A DNA stretch of 64,000 nt from Candidatus Latescibacterota bacterium (GTDB lineage Bacteria > Latescibacterota > UBA2968 > UBA8231): NCBI GenBank assembly GCA_965203355.1, contig OZ241889.1:3776001-3840000 (forward strand), read 5' to 3'. How positions within the stretch are numbered: the first letter of the stretch is position 1; the number at the start of each line of letters is the position of its first letter. The position numbers and the translations under genes are program-made. The notes beneath the pieces were generated by a model that did no database searches, was not told the DNA's origin, and worked only from the letters and a program-made list of their open reading frames with translations. Positions 57,386 through 64,000 of this stretch are shown here, one piece after another.

Positions 57386-58351
57386 TCAAGGGAACTTGAG
57401 CACGACTTTCAGGGCTTGGTGCGGCTCGGGGTCGTCGAAGGCCATGACAAAGGCTTGCTGGATCTCGGCAAAGGGCAGGACGTGGCTGACGATCGGCGCC
57501 ACGTCAATGCGCTCCTCGACAATCCAATCGAGCGCGGGCCGGTAGTCGCGGTCGGGATTGGGACCGATCGAGAAAACCAAGCGCAATTCTTGGCGCAGCA
57601 AATCCAACATCTTGACCGTCATCAAGCCCTCGACGTGTTCCTTGTCCGGGACGCCAAAGCAGATGACTTGGGCGTTGCGGCGGCAGAGCGCGGGAATCAT
57701 GCCGAAAGACTGGGAAACGCCGGTAGCCTCGACCGCGAGATCCGCCATGGCACCGCCCGTGATCGCGGCGACCGCCGCGACTGGATCCTCGGCGAGGCCA
57801 ATCGCGTGCGTGGCGCCCATCTGACGGGCGACTTTGAGGCGATAGGCGAGCGGGTCAATGGCCATGATCCGCCGGGCACCCAAGTTGCGCAGTACCGCGT
57901 TGAAAAGCAGCCCTACCGGCCCTTGGCCGATCACTACCACGTCTTGGTCAATGATATTGCCCAGCTTGTAGAAGCTGTGGATCACGGTGCCTAAAAGCTG
58001 GCTCATCAGCACCTTCTCTTCGGGCAGATCGCCGGGCAGGCGGATGCAACCGCCGCGGTCCTTGGCGAGGACGTACTCTTGGAAAAGCCCGCGGTCAAAT
58101 CCCCACAACAACACCCGTTCCCCCGCCCGGTAGCGCCCCGACGGGCAAACTTCGACCACGCCCATGCCTTCGTGCCCAGTAGCTCCGGGCGGCTGCGGAT
58201 AGCGCTGGTGGGGGCCGCAAAACGGCGGCTTGTCGCTGCCGCAAACCGCGACTCGCTCCATTTTCACCAGCATCTGGTCGCCGACTGGCTGCGGCTTGTC
58301 CGTCTCGATAATTTCCCACTGACGCGGGGCGACTAGTTGGGCGGCGCGCAT
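57386..58351 (-). CDS. Zinc-binding dehydrogenase (MDR family)
   Basis: VCGSD, GHE, GQGPVG. Confidence 0.88.
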   Translation of the reverse strand: MRAAQLVAPRQWEIIETDKPQPVGDQMLVKMERVAVCGSDKPPFCGPHQRYPQPPGATGHEGMGVVEVCPSGRYRAGERVLLWGFDRGLFQEYVLAKDRGGCIRLPGDLPEEKVLMSQLLGTVIHSFYKLGNIIDQDVVVIGQGPVGLLFNAVLRNLGARRIMAIDPLAYRLKVARQMGATHAIGLAEDPVAAVAAITGGAMADLAVEATGVSQSFGMIPALCRRNAQVICFGVPDKEHVEGLMTVKMLDLLRQELRLVFSIGPNPDRDYRPALDWIVEERIDVAPIVSHVLPFAEIQQAFVMAFDDPEPHQALKVVLKFP

Positions 58352-58373
58352 ACTTTTCCCTTCCATTCTATCT

Positions 58374-59570
58374 CTATAGGTCGAAGAAGTCGGCGTCTTC
58401 CTCGCGCAGATAGTGCCGCGCTTCTTCGGCGATTAGATCGACGCCCATCCCGGGCGCGTCCCAAACGGCGATGTGGCTATCGACCACGAGCGGATCGGGC
58501 AAACCCGCGACGATGTCGTACCACCACTCGGGCTGCCCAGTTGGATATTCAAACGCAATGTAGTTTTGCGGCAGCGTCGCCGCGACTTGGACTAGCGCCG
58601 CCAAGCCCAACAAGCCGTCGAGTACGCCGTGGGGCGCCATGAGGATGCCGTGCATATCGGCGTATTCAGCCACCCACTTGAGTTCGGCAATGCCGCCGAT
58701 GTCGCAAGGATCCGGGCCGATGACATCCACGGCGCGCTTCTCGATCAGATCCTGAAAATTGTGCCGCAAGTAAATCTGCTCGCCCGTGTGGATTGGCGTC
58801 GAGGTGCTCTGCGTGACCTCGCGGTAGTGATCCGCCGAAACATAGGGCACGTAATCGCCGGTCAGCATGTCCTCCAGCCACGCCACGTTGAGCGCTTCGA
58901 CCGCTTGGGCTAGGCGGCGCGCATCCGGCACGAGAAAGCCCGGCCCTAAGTCCAGCGCCAAGCCGACCTCGTCGCCGCACACTTCCTTCATCGCGCGGAT
59001 GCAATCGACGATGTAGTTGAGGCCGCGTTCGCTCAAGGGACCGCGATTGGCGTGGAATGGGCCGGCTTGGTGGGTGCCGTAGAAATGTTCGGGCGACTCT
59101 GTGATTCGTCCGCCGTGGAAAGCAAGGCCCTGCTTGATGATGCTAAACTTCTGCGGCGCATCCTTCATGCGCTGCATGTTGGCCGCGTAATTTTCGGGCG
59201 ACGGACCGCCCTCCATGGGGAAGCGCACCGCGCCATTGTACACCCGTACGCGGTCGCGGATTTTGCCGCCGAGCAGCTTGTACACCGGCGCGCCCACGGC
59301 CTTGCCTGCGAGGTCCCACAGCGCCATTTCAATCGCACTGACCGCACTACCCCAAGGCTTGAAGCTGCCCAAGCGCCGAATCTTGAGCATCACCCGCTCG
59401 ACATCGGTCGGATCCTCGCCGAGGATGAAGTCCTTGTAGAACAGCACGTGGGGCTTGAGGTAGGATTTGCTCGCCTCGACTTGCCCGAGGCCGTATATGC
59501 CCTCGTCGGTATTGATGCGCACGACCGGGTTCTGGCCGATGACCGCGCATTTGAGATCTGTGATTTTCAT
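58374..59570 (-). CDS. Mandelate racemase/muconate lactonizing enzyme family dehydratase
   Basis: MKITDL, SAIEMALWDLAGK..PVYKLLGG, WLED, TGE, APH. Confidence 0.92.
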   Translation of the reverse strand: MKITDLKCAVIGQNPVVRINTDEGIYGLGQVEASKSYLKPHVLFYKDFILGEDPTDVERVMLKIRRLGSFKPWGSAVSAIEMALWDLAGKAVGAPVYKLLGGKIRDRVRVYNGAVRFPMEGGPSPENYAANMQRMKDAPQKFSIIKQGLAFHGGRITESPEHFYGTHQAGPFHANRGPLSERGLNYIVDCIRAMKEVCGDEVGLALDLGPGFLVPDARRLAQAVEALNVAWLEDMLTGDYVPYVSADHYREVTQSTSTPIHTGEQIYLRHNFQDLIEKRAVDVIGPDPCDIGGIAELKWVAEYADMHGILMAPHGVLDGLLGLAALVQVAATLPQNYIAFEYPTGQPEWWYDIVAGLPDPLVVDSHIAVWDAPGMGVDLIAEEARHYLREEDADFFDL

Positions 59571-59654
59571 CTGCTTCCTTTCGCCAATAATTGCCCGATC
59601 TAATCTGCCTGAGGACAATTTACGGCCATAAGCATTCGCATAGTGCGTACTGTA

Positions 59655-60058
59655 TTTCGCTCTCAGTTACATGTGGGTACATTTATAAGTTGTTTATTTA
59701 CAAGGGTAAACGAGAAATCCACCGACCCTTAGACACTTGCCAGTTACATTTACACTAAATAGTGTCTAAGCCCAAAAAGGCACGTAACGAGCCGACCGAC
59801 CCACTGCTATTTTATCGCCTTATCTACTAAATTGACACGACGCATCTAGTAGGCCATATCTACGGATGCACCGCTCAGGCATGTACTACCGACGGAATCG
59901 AGGAATTTTCGCTCTCAGTTACATGTGGGTACATTTATAAGTTGTTTATTTACAAGGATAAACGAGAAATTCACCGCCCCTTAGACACTTGCCAGTTACA
60001 TTTACACTAAATAGTGTTTAAGCCCAAAAAGGCACGTAACGAGCCGACCGACCCACTG
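59655..60058. repeat. 152-bp direct repeat (59655-59806 and 59907-60058)
   Basis: Two copies offset by 252 bp with 4 mismatches; AT-rich; each includes the last codons of the adjacent relic gene. Confidence 0.95.
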
Positions 60059-60270
60059 TACTTCCTTTGTCAAACGGCTTGATCAGATTCACTTTCAGCG
60101 TGTCCCTGATGACCCTAGACGCCACGGGATAACTGTCTTTCTGGATACCCAGACGTCTCCTGAGCGAAGCGTTCGACATCCGACTTCCCGACACGTATTG
60201 CAGGCAAGCGTGCTGATAACAGGCGCGCCTTCGCTCAACCTGGTCCATTTCCGAAAACCGACGAGGCCCG
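60018..60270 (-). pseudogene. 3' remnant of an AlbA_2(Schlafen)-HATPase_c_4 type ATP-binding protein
   Basis: RACYQHACLQY..MSNASLRRRLGI..ASRVIRDT..LIK..YVPFWA matches the C-terminus I recall for this family; no N-terminal part present. Confidence 0.65.
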
Positions 60271-60285
60271 AAAAATTCGCTTTTA

Positions 60286-63225
60286 TCAACGGCTTGAGTC
60301 CACGGTCTCCCCCCGCCCCACCAAATCCTCCAACTTCCAGTCGAGCGGGATGCGCATCCGCCCTTGATTGCGGCGGTCGAAGAGCAGATAATTTTCGCGC
60401 AGCCCAAAGTAAAACAAGTCGCGGGTCAACTCCACGTCCTTTTGGCAGTACTCGGCAATCAAATCCAGCCGACCCTCTTTGAACCACCGCAGCGCGTCCA
60501 GCCCATCGGCACTCTTGGCGGCGTCGAGCGTGGCCCGGCCCAGCGCGTCGAGGCTCACTCGATAGCGCAACCGCTGGTGGATCTCGCGCAGCATATCGAG
60601 CGTATTGAGCGTGCGGAAATCGAATGGGCTGTACCCGCGCAAGACCGAATAGTCAAAGCCGATGATGTTGAAGCCGACGACCAAATCGGCTGCCTGGAGG
60701 TGTTCTAAGAGCCGGTCGATGTCTTCCTCAAAATACGCAGTGCAGGCCTGCGCCTGGCTGTCCCACACCACGCCGACCGACATGCCCATCATGTGGGCCT
60801 TGTTCCAGCCGCCGACTTCCGCGGCCGAGCGCTGCGTTTCAAGGTCGAACACCACCACGTGCGGCCCTTGCTCAGGCGGCGCGTCCGCTGGGCTTTCTTC
60901 CTCTTCTTCCCACGCGGCAAAAATCGGCGCGTCCGCTGCGACCTCGGCGGTGGACGCTGTACGCTCGATGGTCCGGCGACCCGTGAGCGCACCGAGCAGG
61001 TGAATCGCGCCTTCCTTGTCGAGGGGGACGTTGCCCGCGCCGCACGTGGGGAAATGGATGCAAGACGGACAGCCGAGCAAGCAGTCGCAGGTTTCGACCA
61101 TGGACAGCGTCATGTCCAAGAGGCGGTCGAGCTGGGCAAAGCCCCTTTCCGCCAAGCCAATGCCGCCGGGGTGATAGTCGTACACGAAAATCGCGCCTTT
61201 GCCGAGCTGGGGATGCTGGGGATAGCAAATCCCGCCGACGTCCGTCCGGTCGCACAAGGCCAGCAGCGGAAAGAGCGACTTCACGGCGTGTTCAATGGCG
61301 TGGATCGACCCCATGTAGTGGTGCTGATGGCGGCTGAGATCCGCCTTGAAGTGGGCGTCGAGTTCAAGCCAAAAGCCAATCGTCTCAAAGTGCTCCACCG
61401 GCGACTCCAGCGGGTGTTTGCTGAGGACGACTTGGTCGCCGACGCGGATCTTTTCGTACCCCACCACCTGCGAGCTGACCTTAAGCCGACCCAGCCGCGC
61501 CATAAAGCCCGGCAACGGCCGCGCGCGCAGTTCCGCCAAAATCTCGGTGTCCTTTTCCGTGCGGGCGCGCGTGAAGTAAGCCACATCCACCTCCTCGGCG
61601 CCGATCTGGCCCCGCTCGGGATGGCGGTCGCCGATCTCGTACTGGCGGCCGCGGTGCAAGTAAATCGCGCCTTTGTAGCACTCGCCATGCACCTGACCGC
61701 CGCTGACCGTGCCAATCTGGTTGTTGCCGCGATCGACGATGTTGTACGACGCGCCGATGGTGCGCATGTTGACCAAGCGATGCGGCTGCTTGCGCGCGGC
61801 AAACCAAGCGTCGCCTTCGGCATTTTGCAGCAGCAGCCCCTCGGCGGTCAGCGCATCAATCGCCGCCTGATAGTTGGGCAGCGCGTACTCGGGTTCGCCA
61901 GCCACGAGGGGCAACTCGCGTGCCGCGCAGGTGAGATGGTTTTTGAGGATGTACTGGTTCGTCGGATCCACCACTGCATCCTCTAAATCGCGTGTGAAAA
62001 ACTCCCTTGGGTGCCGCATAAAGTACTGGTCGAGCGCGTCGGGAGACGCGATGAGGAGGATGAGCGACTCGCGGCCTGCGCGGCCCACGCGGCCAGCGCG
62101 CTGCCAAGTGTTGATGATCGACCCCGGATAGCCGACTAACACGCAGACATCCAAGCCGCCGATGTCAATACCCAGTTCCAAAGCCGACGTGGCCACCACG
62201 CCCTTGAGCTGACCGCTGTTGAGCGCCTGCTCGATCTGGCGGCGCTCGGTGGGCAAATAGCCCGCGCGATACGAAGAAATTTGCGCCCGCAAGTCCGGGC
62301 GGCTCTGGGTAGCCCAGCGGTACACGAGTTCGGTGGTGATGCGGGCGCGGGTGAAGACAATCGTGCGGTAGTCCCTGAGCACGCTGGTGCGCAGCACGTG
62401 GGCCGCGAGGGTGTTGGGGCTTTCCGTCGGATTGACAAACACAAAGTGGCGCGTTGCAGCCGGAGCACCGTGGTCTTCAATCGCGTAAAAGGAGCGGTTG
62501 AGCAACTCGTCCGCCAGCTCGCGGGGATTGCCCATCGTCGCCGAACTAGCGATGTACACCGGCTCGGACCCGTAGTAGGTGCAGATGCGGTTCAAGCGGC
62601 GAAAAAGGTGCAGCACATGAGTGCCAAAGACGCCGCTGTACGCGTGTAGCTCGTCGATGACCACGTAGCGCAGACGCGCAAAAAAACCAGCCCAAGCCTC
62701 GTGAAAAGCGAGGATGCCCGAGTGCAGCATGTCCGGCGTGGTGAAGAGCACCTGCGGCGGCTTGGCGCGAATTTGCCGACGGCGATGGGCCGTGGTATCG
62801 CCGTCGTAAATGGCCGCTTGCAACCCGCCGCCCAAGCCTTGCATCAGGCCGCTTAGCTCGTCGAACTGATCCTGCTCCAGCGCCTTGAGCGGGAAAATGT
62901 AGAGCGCGTGGGCCGCCGGATCGTCCATTAGCGTGGCCAGCACGGGCGCGTTGTACACCAAGGTTTTGCCCGAGGCCGTGGGCGTGGCAATGGCCACGTG
63001 CTGGCCTTCCAGCACTTTTTGGATGCCCTCGACTTGGTGCGTATAGAGCGCGGGGATGCCGGCGCTTTCGAGGATGCGGGCCATGACCGGCGGCAGGCCA
63101 GCCAAGTCGCGGACTATACGCGCCGGGCGGGCGGGCAAGGTCTGGTGATGGACGACCTCGTTGCCCAAGATGCGGCGTTTGAGAAAGCGGATGTGCTCGG
63201 CGATGCGCTCGGCGTCGCAGCTCAA
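60286..63225 (-). CDS. DEAD/DEAH helicase with DUF1998 (MrfA/YprA-like) fused to a C-terminal RNase H-like exonuclease
   Basis: TPTASGKT, DELH, SAT, ALELGIDIG, QRAGRVGR, CDCLLGCPSC cluster, then FDLETQ..GFNIIGFD..YCQKDV. Confidence 0.92.
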   Translation of the reverse strand: MSCDAERIAEHIRFLKRRILGNEVVHHQTLPARPARIVRDLAGLPPVMARILESAGIPALYTHQVEGIQKVLEGQHVAIATPTASGKTLVYNAPVLATLMDDPAAHALYIFPLKALEQDQFDELSGLMQGLGGGLQAAIYDGDTTAHRRRQIRAKPPQVLFTTPDMLHSGILAFHEAWAGFFARLRYVVIDELHAYSGVFGTHVLHLFRRLNRICTYYGSEPVYIASSATMGNPRELADELLNRSFYAIEDHGAPAATRHFVFVNPTESPNTLAAHVLRTSVLRDYRTIVFTRARITTELVYRWATQSRPDLRAQISSYRAGYLPTERRQIEQALNSGQLKGVVATSALELGIDIGGLDVCVLVGYPGSIINTWQRAGRVGRAGRESLILLIASPDALDQYFMRHPREFFTRDLEDAVVDPTNQYILKNHLTCAARELPLVAGEPEYALPNYQAAIDALTAEGLLLQNAEGDAWFAARKQPHRLVNMRTIGASYNIVDRGNNQIGTVSGGQVHGECYKGAIYLHRGRQYEIGDRHPERGQIGAEEVDVAYFTRARTEKDTEILAELRARPLPGFMARLGRLKVSSQVVGYEKIRVGDQVVLSKHPLESPVEHFETIGFWLELDAHFKADLSRHQHHYMGSIHAIEHAVKSLFPLLALCDRTDVGGICYPQHPQLGKGAIFVYDYHPGGIGLAERGFAQLDRLLDMTLSMVETCDCLLGCPSCIHFPTCGAGNVPLDKEGAIHLLGALTGRRTIERTASTAEVAADAPIFAAWEEEEESPADAPPEQGPHVVVFDLETQRSAAEVGGWNKAHMMGMSVGVVWDSQAQACTAYFEEDIDRLLEHLQAADLVVGFNIIGFDYSVLRGYSPFDFRTLNTLDMLREIHQRLRYRVSLDALGRATLDAAKSADGLDALRWFKEGRLDLIAEYCQKDVELTRDLFYFGLRENYLLFDRRNQGRMRIPLDWKLEDLVGRGETVDSSR

Positions 63226-63457
63226 GGCTCAATTTCCTGAAGGGGAAGAAATGAGAGGATAGCTAAGCCGTTGGGCTAGAGCAACTCGGCAAACGTCCGC
63301 CGCCTAAAAAGGGGCTTTATTTTCGGGAATTTCCTATTAAGTTCTGACGAGCTTTTTCCTCGGCGGCACCGGATGGGGAAGGGCTCGTGAAAACCGCAGG
63401 CCATCGCCCGTCCGGTGCCGTACAACAGCAACCGTACAACAATGGAGTCCACACCGC

Positions 63458-64000
63458 ATGAAGACACCCTTAGCTTTCCCACTCGTCCTATTCCTATCTG
63501 GCCCGGTCGTGGCGCAAGAACAGCTTGCAGAACGACTACCGGAAATAGTGCAGGCAATAAACGCACAGATGGTGCGCGTCGAAGGCGGGTCGTTCACCAT
63601 GGGTTGCACCCCGGAACAGGAGCATTGCGCTGACGACGAAAGGCCGACGCACCGCGTGCAGATTGGCCGTTTTGAGATAGGCAAGTATGAGGTGACTCAG
63701 GAACTGTGGGAGGCGGTAATGGGCGAGAACCCGAGCGCGTTTGCGGATTGCCCCCAGTGTCCGGTGGAAACGGTCAGTTGGGATGACATCCAAGCGTTTC
63801 TAACCAAACTGAACGCGGGCGGCGGCTCGTATCGGCTCCCGAGCGAAGCAGAGTGGGAATATGCGGCACGCGGTGGGCAGCAAAGCAAAGGGTTCCAGTA
63901 TGCGGGGAGCAACGACTGGGCGGCGGTCGCTTGGTATTACGAAAACACGGGCAACAGGACGCATCGAGTCGGGCAAAAGCAGGCAAACGAGTTGGGCTTA
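63458..64000 (+). CDS. FGE/SUMF1-domain secreted protein, truncated by the window end (absent from ORF track)
   Basis: MKTPLAFPLVLFLSGPVVAQ signal, GGSFTMG, YEVTQ, PVETVSW, RLPSEAEWEYAARG, VGQKQANELGL. Confidence 0.9.
   Translation, partial: MKTPLAFPLVLFLSGPVVAQEQLAERLPEIVQAINAQMVRVEGGSFTMGCTPEQEHCADDERPTHRVQIGRFEIGKYEVTQELWEAVMGENPSAFADCPQCPVETVSWDDIQAFLTKLNAGGGSYRLPSEAEWEYAARGGQQSKGFQYAGSNDWAAVAWYYENTGNRTHRVGQKQANELGL

Noticed and set aside
710-62000. Many long antisense ORFs (e.g. 710-1993, 20030-21283, 36301-37335, 60793-61986)
   Set aside because: Shadow frames of well-supported GC-rich genes, with no recognisable motifs.

Overview
GC-rich bacterial chromosomal segment. Signals such as a PNPFN/FlgD-Ig C-terminal domain, a DUF6029-type barrel, two PhyH dioxygenases and two FGE/SUMF1 proteins suggest an FCB-group lineage such as Latescibacterota; this is inference only. 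The main highlight is a minus-strand island at about 2.5-22.9 kb. Two homologous sigma-54 promoters there share an identically spaced palindromic enhancer. One sits upstream of an MFP + RND + amber-split RND exporter. The other sits upstream of unannotated small Cys-rich peptide genes, three tandem 6-bladed beta-propeller lipoproteins with hypervariable patches, an FGE-domain protein, a frameshifted CxxC protein, a peptide-binding SBP, a histidine kinase and an NtrC-type activator. Together these look like a self-regulated peptide export/sensing system showing cassette turnover and decay. The rest of the window holds a PcfJ-domain gene beside McrBC, glnD, a porin-imelysin-diheme iron locus with a lower-GC PepSY/TonB receptor pair, a partner-switching module converging on amt-STAS, catabolic enzymes, msrB followed by a type II R-M pair, a 152-bp duplication with an AlbA_2/HATPase relic, and a DUF1998 helicase fused to an RNase H-like exonuclease. 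No rRNA, tRNA, CRISPR array or transposase was recognised.
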